From a virus, in IMG/VR virus record IMGVR_UViG_3300043777_000056, positions 7,798 through 71,797 of that record: DNA of 64,000 nt; one strand, 5' to 3'. The notes beneath the pieces are model-generated. The model did not search any database. It was not told the DNA's origin and saw nothing but the letters and a program-made list of their open reading frames with translations. This document shows, one piece after another, positions 1 to 9,490 of this stretch; the first letter of the stretch is position 1; each line of letters begins with the position of its first letter. Made by a program: the position numbers and the translations under genes.

Positions 1-999
1 AGCGAAGACTTCTCGACTGACTTCGTCAACAACCTTGACGACATCATCCAGAAGGGCGAACAGCGTTGCCTGCGCGATCTAGATCTAGACAACCTTGACT
101 TCCAGTCAACGACAACGGCCATCAGCCAGAGCACCGGGCTGGTAGCGAAGCCCGGTAACCTGATCCGCGAGCGCGACGTGGTCGTGCAAAATGCCACGCC
201 GGCAGTGATAGCGATCCTGCGCAAGCGGTCATGGGGCTTCATCCAAGAGTACGGGCTGGGAGCGCCCGTGGCTGGTGTTCCGTTGTACTACGGCGAGAAC
301 GATCCGCTTAACTGGCTGGTTACACCGCTGCCTAGCGCTGCGTATACGCTCCTGGTGCGTGGCATCTATACCCCGCCGCTACTGGGCGACAACGATCAGA
401 CGAACTCTCCTGCGGCAACTGCGGCCTCACAGCACTGTACCGCGAACACTGCTCTAACTCTCACCGCATCGCCATACATACCGCCGGCCAACGCTGACGC
501 AAGTCCAGGCGCAATCCAGGTGGCACTGACCAGTACTGGCAACATGTCGGCAAACACGTTCACGATTGTGGGTCTAGATACAGACGGTAACTCACTGACT
601 GTCGCCATTGCCGGGCCCAATGCCGGCTTCGTGCAGACGACTGACTTCTTCTCACAGGTGAATAGCATCACGCCTAGCGTGACTGACGGCGTCAATCTAG
701 TAACGGCTGGATACTACAGCCAGAACACCACATGGATGAGCACCCGCTATCCCGATCTACTGTTCGAGTCATGCCAGATAGACGCCTGCGAGTTTCTGAA
801 GCGATTCTCGGCCCGAGCGGTCGCTCAAAACGAGTACAACGCTAAACTGGCCGACGTACAGACCCAAGTCCGCCTGCTCAAGCGCAGCGACTTGGATGAC
901 TTGTTCATACAGCGTCAGCTGGCGAATGGTCCGGGTAGCAATGCACCGTTGCCGCCGGCAGCGCCAGGGGCGCAGGCACCAGTACCGGGAGCGCAGTAA
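1..999 (+). CDS. Head-tail adaptor/connector protein, 5'-truncated, with an inserted beta-rich domain
   Basis: Frame is open from base 1 (SEDFSTDFVNNLDDIIQKGEQRCLRDLDL...). The P-x-YY / TPLP..AYT / TTWMSTRYPDLL pattern is typical of phage adaptors, and it precedes the tail genes. Confidence 0.7.
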   Translation, partial: SEDFSTDFVNNLDDIIQKGEQRCLRDLDLDNLDFQSTTTAISQSTGLVAKPGNLIRERDVVVQNATPAVIAILRKRSWGFIQEYGLGAPVAGVPLYYGENDPLNWLVTPLPSAAYTLLVRGIYTPPLLGDNDQTNSPAATAASQHCTANTALTLTASPYIPPANADASPGAIQVALTSTGNMSANTFTIVGLDTDGNSLTVAIAGPNAGFVQTTDFFSQVNSITPSVTDGVNLVTAGYYSQNTTWMSTRYPDLLFESCQIDACEFLKRFSARAVAQNEYNAKLADVQTQVRLLKRSDLDDLFIQRQLANGPGSNAPLPPAAPGAQAPVPGAQ

Positions 1000-1196
1000 T
1001 GGCGACAGTAGACGAGATCAAAACACTTGCCGCGAGTGAAGCGGCATCATCGGCTGTGATACTTGGCGGTCTTACCGCAGTTGTGTCAAAGCTACCTGTA
1101 GAGCTGAATAGCGAGCAACGCCGATTGATCCGCGCCGCGCGAGAGTCATACGCCGCGTACCACGATCAGATCAGTGAGCTTGTCACGAGGTTCTAA
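999..1196 (+). CDS. Hypothetical protein (65 aa)
   Basis: TAATG stop/start coupling at both ends. Confidence 0.7.
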   Translation: MATVDEIKTLAASEAASSAVILGGLTAVVSKLPVELNSEQRRLIRAARESYAAYHDQISELVTRF

Positions 1197-2881
1197 TGCC
1201 GTCTGATCAATTCAGTACGCTGCTCCGCATCCTTGAGATGGCGGATGGCAACGATGACAATACATGGGGCGACAATACCAACACGAACCTGAATCTGTTG
1301 GAGCAGGCGATTGCCAAGCAGACCCAGCTGACTCTGTCCCAGTTCACCGGCAACCAGTACACGCTGACGACTCTAGATGGACAGGCGGACGACTCGCGTG
1401 CCATAGGCATTACACTGACGGGCGCACTTACAGCAAACGTTGAAATCATCTTCCCGAACATTGCGCGGCTGATGGTGTTCAACAACCAATGCACCAACAA
1501 CCTTTCGGCCAGTAACCCCAACGGCTTTACCGTCACGCTGCAGACATCCAGCCCGAGCGCCACTGCCATAGTGACTGCCGGCGTACAGACAATCTTCTGC
1601 GATGCCGCTGAGAACATCTACCAAATTGATCCGCCTGCCGCGCGTCTCGCGGTACTGGATGAGTACGAGCAGTTCCAAGTCAACACGGCATGGAAGCCAT
1701 TCGCTCTTACCTTCGGCAACACTATCAACATCGATCCGTCAGTAGCGCGCAAGTTCAGTCTGATCCTAACCGGCACGCCTACCAATCCGCTGACGTTCAC
1801 TGCGGGTAACTCAACATCGCTACCAAATGGTCAGGCTGGACTGTTGGACGGCACTGAGTTTGACTTGCTTCTGGTTCAGGACGCTACCGGGTCGCGCACA
1901 GTGCAGTGGCCGACAAACGTGAAGTGGCCGAACGACGTCACGCCAACATTGACCGCTGTAGGCAATGGCGCAGATCTGATCACGATGAAGTGGTTCGCCG
2001 GCAGCGCCACATGGTTCGGTTCGATACAGCAGGGATACAACCCGAGCGGAACGGCCGGAACTCAGCACACGATCAACATCATCTACAATCAGGTGGATTG
2101 GCAGTTGGCTGGCCAGATTCCGGGCCTAACCGGCACACCTACCGTCAATATCAATGTCCTTCAGGGCATCATCGTTGAAGGATCAAGCATCAACCTGTCA
2201 TCTCTCAATCTAGCGAATAGCGGGCTTCCTTCTGGCTCGATCATCAACCTATTCGTCAGCGGTAGCGTGGTCGGCAAAGGTGGAGACGGGGGAGACGGTG
2301 GTTACTTCATTGGCGATACCAATTTCGGTATAGGACTTGCTCCGCGTCCTGGTCAACATGGCGGCACTGCTATCATAGGTCCAGGCGCTGGGTACACGTT
2401 CAACCTGACGGTTCAGACCACGGGTAAAGTGCTTCCAGGCGGCGGTGGTGGTGGTGGCGGCGGCTGGACAGCTGCGGCTCCAGCTGCGGTCAATGCGGCC
2501 AGTGGTGGTGGCGGCGCGGGCGCTGGTGGCTTTGGAGGCAAGGGTGGAAAAGGCTATACGATTGGGCAATCTACGTTCGTTAGCTCCACGGACGGAGGCG
2601 ACAGTGCTCCGGGACCAAATTCGACGCCAGGGTCAGGAGGCAATGGTGCGCAAAGCGGTACGGCGAGCGCTGGCTCAGGCGGCGCGGGCGGCGCGTTCGG
2701 CGCAGCAGGAACAGTCGGCACAAGTCCAACAGGCGACACCGTAACTCAGGCTGGCGCTACATTTGGCGCTGGCGGATGGTCAGTCAACAACAACAACGTC
2801 TCGTACACTCAAAACATACTGGGCGTCAAAGACGGTTCGGACTACGCTGGTAGCGGGACGCAAAACTATCCGTTCTGGTAA
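1196..2881 (+). CDS. Tail fibre/spike protein with glycine-rich C-terminus
   Basis: N-terminal TWGDNTNTNLNLLEQAI anchor-type motif, LVQDATGSRTVQWP module, Gly-rich (polyglycine-type) C-terminal region. Confidence 0.75.
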   Translation: MPSDQFSTLLRILEMADGNDDNTWGDNTNTNLNLLEQAIAKQTQLTLSQFTGNQYTLTTLDGQADDSRAIGITLTGALTANVEIIFPNIARLMVFNNQCTNNLSASNPNGFTVTLQTSSPSATAIVTAGVQTIFCDAAENIYQIDPPAARLAVLDEYEQFQVNTAWKPFALTFGNTINIDPSVARKFSLILTGTPTNPLTFTAGNSTSLPNGQAGLLDGTEFDLLLVQDATGSRTVQWPTNVKWPNDVTPTLTAVGNGADLITMKWFAGSATWFGSIQQGYNPSGTAGTQHTINIIYNQVDWQLAGQIPGLTGTPTVNINVLQGIIVEGSSINLSSLNLANSGLPSGSIINLFVSGSVVGKGGDGGDGGYFIGDTNFGIGLAPRPGQHGGTAIIGPGAGYTFNLTVQTTGKVLPGGGGGGGGGWTAAAPAAVNAASGGGGAGAGGFGGKGGKGYTIGQSTFVSSTDGGDSAPGPNSTPGSGGNGAQSGTASAGSGGAGGAFGAAGTVGTSPTGDTVTQAGATFGAGGWSVNNNNVSYTQNILGVKDGSDYAGSGTQNYPFW

Positions 2882-2886
2882 GCGCT

Positions 2887-5109
2887 ATGCAGAACCAGCC
2901 GGAAGTCAGCCACGTCACAATCAAACCAGTTCCGGGAATGTTCACGGAACTCACAGCGCGCGGATCACTAGATCGGTGGGTATCTGGTCAGCTAGTTCGC
3001 TTCCATGACGGCCAGCCCCAGAAGATTGGCGGGTGGCAGAACACGCTGTTCACTGGCGGCCCGGTAATCGGCATCCCGCGCTCATCCCATATTTGGAACG
3101 ACCTTAACGGCCAGGAATGGATCGCATTCGGCACTGGCGCAAAGCTATACCTGATAAGCCTGAATGTCCTCTATGACATCACACCACTACGCAGGCAAGT
3201 AGGGCTAGCAGGACCATTCGCTGCCAACGGTACGAATCTGTTGACAGTCACTGATCCATCACATGGCGCTCAGAACGGCGACTGGGTGCGGTTCACTACC
3301 ACGGGCGTTGACAGTAATCCGATTCTTGGTCTGGTGTATTCGGCCAACAACAGTGTAGTCGCCAACACGCCGCTAACGTTGCGCGCTTCGCCGACAGTGT
3401 TCAGCAACACCATTGCCAGTGACTTCACGCTTGTATCGACCAGCAATCTGAGTGGTGTCAACTTCACCATCGTTGGCACTGATTGGCGCGGCAATCCTCA
3501 GGCTGTGACTATCGCAGGCCCCAACAACGGTTCTGTAATCACCAACAGCGAATGGGGCAGCATCATCAGCATTACGCCGAATGCTAGCAACTCTGGACAG
3601 GTGTCTGTAGGCGCTACGACGAATGGCCAGTTCATGGTGCAGAACTCGAATGCCCAGACGTATCAGATTGAGCTTCCTACTGGAGTAGCTGAGGGCACTG
3701 CCAATCTAGGCGGTACTGCGACAGCTCAGTACGACATCACCGCAGGACTTGACAACCAAGGTTTCTATTTCGGATGGGGAGCAGGCACATGGGGACTGGG
3801 AACATGGGGAACAGCCCGTACAGCGGCCAACGGATCTTTTTCGGATATGGTTCAGCCATTGCGGCTGTGGTCCTTAGACAACTGGGGGCAGGGATTGATA
3901 GCTGGAATCCGCAACGGCTCGACGTACTATTGGGATCGAAACACCGGCCCGAACGCGCGAGCGGTAGATATTTCGGTCAACCCTGAATTCCCGAACAATC
4001 CAGGGGCACCAGTGAACAGTCTATGGACGCTGGTGAGCAACACCAACCAGCAGCTGGTCACACTTGGAAGCTCTCATGACGGCATCAACGATGCGCTGTA
4101 CATCGCGATCAGCGATATCGATGACTTTACCGACTTCACTCCGAGCGACACCAATAGCGCCTACACAGGACGCTTGAGCGCTGGATCCAAGATCGTCTCC
4201 GCAGTCAAGACTCGCACCGGCATCCTCGTTGAGACTGATACCGCTGCATTCCTACTGCAGCCTAATGCGTCAACTGTATTCGCCAGCCAGCAAATCGCAG
4301 ATGAGACGACAATCTTGTCTCCGAATGCAGCGATAGACGTCAACGGCACTTGCTACATCATGGGACTTCGCAAGTGGTACGAGTATGACGGCGTGTACCG
4401 CGAGCTTCCTTCCGATGTCTGGTCACAGGTGTGGGGCAAGACGCCTGCCTATCCAGGCATCAACACTGCGATGTTCGACAAAGTATGGACGTGGCACAAC
4501 GACCAGTGGCCTGAAGTATGGTGGTTCTACGTGTCTGCCGGCGGCACCGAGATAGACAGCTACGTCATCCTGAACTACAAGGACAAACACTGGAGCTTCG
4601 GCCAGCTAAGCCGTACCGGCGGCACCAAGAGCAGCACCTTTACTGGATTCCCGATGGCATTCGACACCACGGGCAACATGTACTCACACGAGAATGGCGT
4701 AGATGGACAGACATTCCAGGGCTCGACCATTCCGATTACGAGCTTCGTCACCAGCTACGATATCCAGACCGTGCAGCGCTCCCCGTATGGCGCAGTGACG
4801 CCGGGTCGCGGTCTTGCGTACAACGAAGGTGCCGAGCAGATCCACATCAGCGCGGTCATTCCAGACATCATCTATCAGACCGGGCAGATGACACTGACCA
4901 TCAAGACTAAGCGCTATCCGCAAGGCGCATACGTCATCAAGGGTCCATACTCGATCAATCCAGCCCCGCAGGCGAGCGATCAGAATCAGTTCCTTAGCGT
5001 CCGCGCGCGCGGCAAGCTCGCAAACTTCACCTTTGGCAGCAGTGCGCTTGGCGCTGACTGGCGCATCGGCAACTTCACTTTTCTGACTCAGGACGACGGC
5101 GAGCGATAG
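2887..5109 (+). CDS. Tail nozzle / DNA stabilisation protein (tubular protein B- or P22 gp10-like)
   Basis: 740 aa, beta-rich. VRF...PQKIGGW, WSLDNWG, EVWWFY and RARGK motifs; C-terminal DGER; located after the adaptor. Confidence 0.7.
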   Translation: MQNQPEVSHVTIKPVPGMFTELTARGSLDRWVSGQLVRFHDGQPQKIGGWQNTLFTGGPVIGIPRSSHIWNDLNGQEWIAFGTGAKLYLISLNVLYDITPLRRQVGLAGPFAANGTNLLTVTDPSHGAQNGDWVRFTTTGVDSNPILGLVYSANNSVVANTPLTLRASPTVFSNTIASDFTLVSTSNLSGVNFTIVGTDWRGNPQAVTIAGPNNGSVITNSEWGSIISITPNASNSGQVSVGATTNGQFMVQNSNAQTYQIELPTGVAEGTANLGGTATAQYDITAGLDNQGFYFGWGAGTWGLGTWGTARTAANGSFSDMVQPLRLWSLDNWGQGLIAGIRNGSTYYWDRNTGPNARAVDISVNPEFPNNPGAPVNSLWTLVSNTNQQLVTLGSSHDGINDALYIAISDIDDFTDFTPSDTNSAYTGRLSAGSKIVSAVKTRTGILVETDTAAFLLQPNASTVFASQQIADETTILSPNAAIDVNGTCYIMGLRKWYEYDGVYRELPSDVWSQVWGKTPAYPGINTAMFDKVWTWHNDQWPEVWWFYVSAGGTEIDSYVILNYKDKHWSFGQLSRTGGTKSSTFTGFPMAFDTTGNMYSHENGVDGQTFQGSTIPITSFVTSYDIQTVQRSPYGAVTPGRGLAYNEGAEQIHISAVIPDIIYQTGQMTLTIKTKRYPQGAYVIKGPYSINPAPQASDQNQFLSVRARGKLANFTFGSSALGADWRIGNFTFLTQDDGER

Positions 5110-5130
5110 CCGGCGGGGGATACTTCCGCC

Positions 5131-6615
5131 ATGGGCGCTACGCAATCACTCAATCTGCTGTCGATACAGTTCCAGGCAACGGACATGGCCAACAATGGCC
5201 TAGGTCTGATAGCCAAGCTCAACCGTATCAATCAGGACATAGACCAGATAGCCGCTGCCGTAAATGCCAACGCAGCGGTAGCCGCAGAGGCGGCCGATAA
5301 CGCGATTGACTTTGCGGACCCAACTGGCCTAGTTGGCATCGAGGCTGTTGACGGAACTGCTACGACTGCCATGCGTAGCGATGCGGCGCCACGCATCGAT
5401 CAGAACATGCAGCCCAACTGGACTAACACGCATCTGTGGACGCAGGGCTCGCTAGGCACCAATCTACTCAACATAGTCACGTACCAAAACACCACGCTGG
5501 CAACCTCGACCACTCAGCAGTTCTCGCCGCGCATAGCTTTCATGGGACAGGGATGGACTGGCGCCGCGAGTCAGCAGCGCGGATTCTCTATGGGCGCGCG
5601 CCCCGTAGGTACTAATGATGTCCTGTGGGTGATCAGCGTGCAGGTTGGGGTGGGCCTGTTTCAGGACGTGTTCGCCATCAATTCGCAAGGCTTTATTACG
5701 CTCTCGACATGGCAGGGCAACACGATTGCTGCTCAGTATGGCGGTACTGGCAACAATGCATATGTGATCGGCGACCTTCTGTACGCAAGCGCAACTGCGG
5801 CACTGACCAGACTCGCGGCCCCAACTGATAATCAGCAGCGCGTCCTGACGTCACAAAGTGTCGGCGGACAGCCGCAACCGCCGGCATGGACTCCAACCAA
5901 CTCGCTATTGATACCGGGCGCAAACATTGTGGGTCCGCCACCTACCCCGTTCTGGGTGGATGACGTCGAGGAGCCGATAGTAATTCCAGGGCCGCCGGGG
6001 CCATCTGGAGCGCAGGGCGCTCAGGGCCCTCCAGGACCGGCTGGCGAGGACGGAGCGGACGGCGATCCAGGGCCCCCAGGGGCAGCAGGCCCTGCCGGCG
6101 CGAACGGCGCCACGGGCCCCCAAGGGCCTCCTGGACAGCAGGGCGTCCAGGGTGAAGATGGTGATGAGGGTCCGCACGGCCCTCCAGGCGCAATAGGGCC
6201 TCAAGGTCCGCAGGGCATTCAGGGCGTCTCGGGGCCGGCGGGACCGGCTGGCGAGGATGGTACCGATGGCGACCAGGGCCCTCCAGGGTTACCCGGATCC
6301 ACTGGCGCGACAGGGGCCACTGGTGCCGCAGGACCACAAGGCCCTCCAGGGCCGGCGGGTGAGGATGGGGCAGACGGTGAGCCGGGCCCGCCGGGATCCA
6401 ATGGTGCTACTGGAGCGGCTGGAGTACCGGGAGCTGCAGGGCCTCCGGGAATACAAGGCGAGGACGGCGAGGATACGACAAGTGCATACCCTCCAGGACT
6501 GACCTATGGAGCGGGGCCGCCGCAGTTCGTACTGACATCTTCCGGTCCAGGAAGCACCCCGACATGGCAGTTCAGGCAGGATAGCTTTTTCACGGGTTAT
6601 GGCGGTGGAGCATAA
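5131..6615 (+). CDS. Collagen-like tail fibre protein
   Basis: N-terminal coiled coil, beta region, then 54 uninterrupted Gly-X-Y triplets. Confidence 0.8.
   Translation: MGATQSLNLLSIQFQATDMANNGLGLIAKLNRINQDIDQIAAAVNANAAVAAEAADNAIDFADPTGLVGIEAVDGTATTAMRSDAAPRIDQNMQPNWTNTHLWTQGSLGTNLLNIVTYQNTTLATSTTQQFSPRIAFMGQGWTGAASQQRGFSMGARPVGTNDVLWVISVQVGVGLFQDVFAINSQGFITLSTWQGNTIAAQYGGTGNNAYVIGDLLYASATAALTRLAAPTDNQQRVLTSQSVGGQPQPPAWTPTNSLLIPGANIVGPPPTPFWVDDVEEPIVIPGPPGPSGAQGAQGPPGPAGEDGADGDPGPPGAAGPAGANGATGPQGPPGQQGVQGEDGDEGPHGPPGAIGPQGPQGIQGVSGPAGPAGEDGTDGDQGPPGLPGSTGATGATGAAGPQGPPGPAGEDGADGEPGPPGSNGATGAAGVPGAAGPPGIQGEDGEDTTSAYPPGLTYGAGPPQFVLTSSGPGSTPTWQFRQDSFFTGYGGGA
5989..6474 (+). repeat. Collagen (Gly-X-Y)54 coding repeat
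   Basis: Counted from the translation. GED triplets recur every 11-12 triplets. Confidence 0.95.
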
Positions 6616-7038
6616 ATGGCTAACGCAAATGCACCGATGTTCATTCAAGTCATCCAGACATGGGCATTTCAGCTTGTCAATGGCACGGGCACCACAATCA
6701 CAACTGTGGCTACCGCCGGCAATCAAGGCTCAAAGGTCGAAGACATCAACATCAGCAATAACGACAGTACCACTGCCTACACGCTTTCCATATGGATCAA
6801 TGACGGTACCACCAGTCATCTGTGGACCACTCTGACCATTCCTATCAGCGCTGGCGCGGCAGTGGGAACTCCCCCGGTGTCAGTGTTCAAGAGCACACAA
6901 TGTCCAGGTATACCGCTCGACTCGAACGGTAATCCGTACATCTACTTGAAGGCAGGATACAAGTTGCAGGTATCTGTGAGCGTGGCCGTGACATCCGGCA
7001 AAGCCGTGGACGTGGTTGCGACTGGCGGCGACTTCTAA
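6616..7038 (+). CDS. Small virion (tail-associated) beta-sandwich protein
   Basis: GGAG RBS, Thr/Val/Ile-rich beta pattern, coupled to the fibre genes. Confidence 0.65.
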   Translation: MANANAPMFIQVIQTWAFQLVNGTGTTITTVATAGNQGSKVEDINISNNDSTTAYTLSIWINDGTTSHLWTTLTIPISAGAAVGTPPVSVFKSTQCPGIPLDSNGNPYIYLKAGYKLQVSVSVAVTSGKAVDVVATGGDF

Positions 7039-8648
7039 TGAGCGATGTAGGTGCTAACCCAAAACCTGCTGGCGTGGCAAGCATTGGGTACAAGCTTGGT
7101 GCCAGCCCTGTCAACAATGTTGAGCTGGTATCAAGTCCAGGAGTGGCAACCACATTCTTGCGTAGCGATGTCACGCTTGCACTAGACCAGAGTATCAGCC
7201 CGACGATGACTGGCAACTGGACGTTTACGCCCGGTAGCGGCGTAGCAATAGTTGTTAACGAGGTAGTAGGTTCGGACGGCGTACAAATATTTGCAGGCAG
7301 CGGTAGCGCGACAGATAGATCGCTAAACGTCGTCTTTAGCGGACACTACAATCTATTGAACGTTTTTAACGACGGCCACGGCCTACTAGGCTTCAATGGC
7401 AGTGCCAACACTATAACTTGGGCAGCTACCGGAGCTGTCGCAATCGCATCACCACCTACAGCTGTTACCGCGCTTACGATCAATGGCGCTTCTAGCGCTA
7501 CCATAGCGTTACTGAACGGCGCTAATGCTGCTGGCGGGATAGTGACCTTCCAGACTGCTGGGGTCTCATACGCCGATATAGGTACGGGAGTAGCGATTGC
7601 TGCTGGCGCTCCCGCATCAGTCTTTGCGATTTCTGCGCGTGCTGGCAACACCCTGTACCTTTGCGTAGACGGTGGTAATCCAGCGATTCAAATCGCACAG
7701 GCTGGAAACATAACGGTAGTAGCGCCTAGTAGCGGCACGGCAGTTGCTATCAGCGCCAACGATAATACTTCGGCGATGCTCTTTAACGAAGCGTCAGCTA
7801 CAGATGGATACTACATAGGCTTTGAGCAGGTAGGTTCACTTAAAGGCTTGATAGGCGTTGGTCCTATATGCATCACAGGTGCTACTGTAGCATCAACTAA
7901 TTTAGTAGCCGGTATAGCTTCAGCGTCAGATTTCCTTAACTTCAGCGCCAACGGCGGCAGTAGCATACAGATGCAGCTTGCTCCTGCTGGCCTTACTATC
8001 AATACCACCGCCAGCAATAACCAAGGTTTAAGTATCTTGGGTAATTTTGCTTCAGCTCCTGTGGGGTTTAAAGTTGTAAACTCGGCTACCGGCGCAAGTA
8101 CAGCTGCAACAGGCGTCTTCGACATGGGTGACGGGATAAACTTCCTGACCCTGCAATTCCAGAACGCCGGCAACACCGCTAACCCGGAGACAGGTGGCCC
8201 AACCGGGCTTTCGGGGTTGATAGGTACGAACTTCAACGGCCCGCTAAGCCTATTCACGAACGGCGTTGAGCAGATGAGAATTCTTGGGGGTGGTGGCGTT
8301 GTTCACAACTCCATAAGTGGTGTCACTAGTCTTCAGGTTAATGGAGGCCTAGCGCGTCCCGTGACTGCTACGAAAACAGCAAACTATACGATGCTGGTTT
8401 CTGATACATATCTGATCTTCAACGGCTCTGCTTCGATCACGTTGACACTACTATCTGCTTCTAGTTTTCCAGGTCGAGAAGTTCTTGTAAAAACCATAGC
8501 AGCAGAAACAGTTGTTAGCGCCTCATCGAATGTTCGTCCTATCAGTTCTGCAACAGCTGGAACTGCCATTCTTGCGGCAACGGCCGGCGCGTGGGCGCTG
8601 CTGGTCTCGGATGGAACTGATTGGGTTATAATGGCCAATGGAACCTAA
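7038..8648 (+). CDS. Tail fibre / receptor-binding protein
   Basis: Ala/Gly/Ser/Thr-rich. C-terminal TKTANYT...ITLTL...LVSDGTDWVI fibre-tip-type domain. Visibly more A/T-ending codons than its neighbours. Confidence 0.75.
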   Translation: MSDVGANPKPAGVASIGYKLGASPVNNVELVSSPGVATTFLRSDVTLALDQSISPTMTGNWTFTPGSGVAIVVNEVVGSDGVQIFAGSGSATDRSLNVVFSGHYNLLNVFNDGHGLLGFNGSANTITWAATGAVAIASPPTAVTALTINGASSATIALLNGANAAGGIVTFQTAGVSYADIGTGVAIAAGAPASVFAISARAGNTLYLCVDGGNPAIQIAQAGNITVVAPSSGTAVAISANDNTSAMLFNEASATDGYYIGFEQVGSLKGLIGVGPICITGATVASTNLVAGIASASDFLNFSANGGSSIQMQLAPAGLTINTTASNNQGLSILGNFASAPVGFKVVNSATGASTAATGVFDMGDGINFLTLQFQNAGNTANPETGGPTGLSGLIGTNFNGPLSLFTNGVEQMRILGGGGVVHNSISGVTSLQVNGGLARPVTATKTANYTMLVSDTYLIFNGSASITLTLLSASSFPGREVLVKTIAAETVVSASSNVRPISSATAGTAILAATAGAWALLVSDGTDWVIMANGT

Positions 8649-8660
8649 CAGGAAGCGAAC

Positions 8661-8984
8661 ATGAAATACGACTTCAACGTCACACTCAAGAATCTTTCCG
8701 GCAAGTACATAACCCAGCAGCAGGATGGATCTGTGCTTACCGCCTGGGACGCAATCGTTCAAGCTCTCAGCGTTGCTGAGCAGGGCGCGTCGGTTGACAA
8801 GAAGTTCAAATCATATCGCATAGCACTCAAGGTGTACGAGGCCAGCGAGAAGAATGAGCTTGTCGAGCTGACCATCGAAGAAACGAAGCAGATCAAGGAT
8901 GCTGTCGCCGCAGGCTGGCCGCCCGTAGTCATGGGCCGGATCTTTGATCTAATCGAAAATACCGCCCCCGAATCGAAGTCGTAA
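8661..8984 (+). CDS. Hypothetical protein, possible fibre assembly chaperone
   Basis: AGGA RBS; small helical protein directly after a fibre gene. Confidence 0.6.
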   Translation: MKYDFNVTLKNLSGKYITQQQDGSVLTAWDAIVQALSVAEQGASVDKKFKSYRIALKVYEASEKNELVELTIEETKQIKDAVAAGWPPVVMGRIFDLIENTAPESKS

Positions 8985-8995
8985 CACCCTGTGCT

Positions 8996-9028
8996 TGTAG
9001 TATCCCGGTTACTAGCCGGGGTACTACA
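8996..9028 (+). promoter_or_regulatory. Stem-loop covering the RBS and abutting the start codon of 9028
   Basis: TGTAGTATCCCGG-TTACTAG-CCGGGGTACTACA; 13-bp stem with one G:U pair. Confidence 0.55.
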
Positions 9029-9402
9029 TGGCCGCGAACAAACGTCTTAACATTGAACCAGTTGCGCTGACCACGTCAGCAGCCAACCTCCTGAACACAG
9101 CGATCACTTCGCTTTCTGGTCCGATTGGGTATACCCAGACCCAGCCGTACCTTCTAGTACGGCACATTCGCGCGGTCAACAAGTCGGGCTCAGCCGCGAC
9201 CGTGAGCACTTACAAGGGTGCCACAGGCGGTAGCGCAGCCGGTACCGAGTATGCCTTCAACGCGGTTTCCGTGCCGGCGAACAGCTATGTGGACTGGTAC
9301 GGTGAAATGCGACTCGACTCTGGTGACTTCTTCACCGGACTGGCGAGCGCCAATACCGCGATCACGCTCAATTTCGACAACGCCGAGATCGGCATCGCGT
9401 AG
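9028..9402 (+). CDS. Small virion beta-sandwich protein
   Basis: Strongly G/C-ending codons; beta pattern similar to 6616-7038. Confidence 0.7.
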   Translation: MAANKRLNIEPVALTTSAANLLNTAITSLSGPIGYTQTQPYLLVRHIRAVNKSGSAATVSTYKGATGGSAAGTEYAFNAVSVPANSYVDWYGEMRLDSGDFFTGLASANTAITLNFDNAEIGIA

Positions 9403-9410
9403 TTTGAAAT

Positions 9411-9439
9411 TTGCGCCCTCGTCGTAGCCAGACTACGAT
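9411..9439 (+). promoter_or_regulatory. Sigma70-type promoter
   Basis: TTGCGC-N17-TACGAT in the intergenic gap before the GNAT gene. Confidence 0.55.
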
Positions 9440-9490
9440 TACAATCACATAATCAAACATTCCCGCGCCCGTTAGGGTCAGGAGCTGGTT

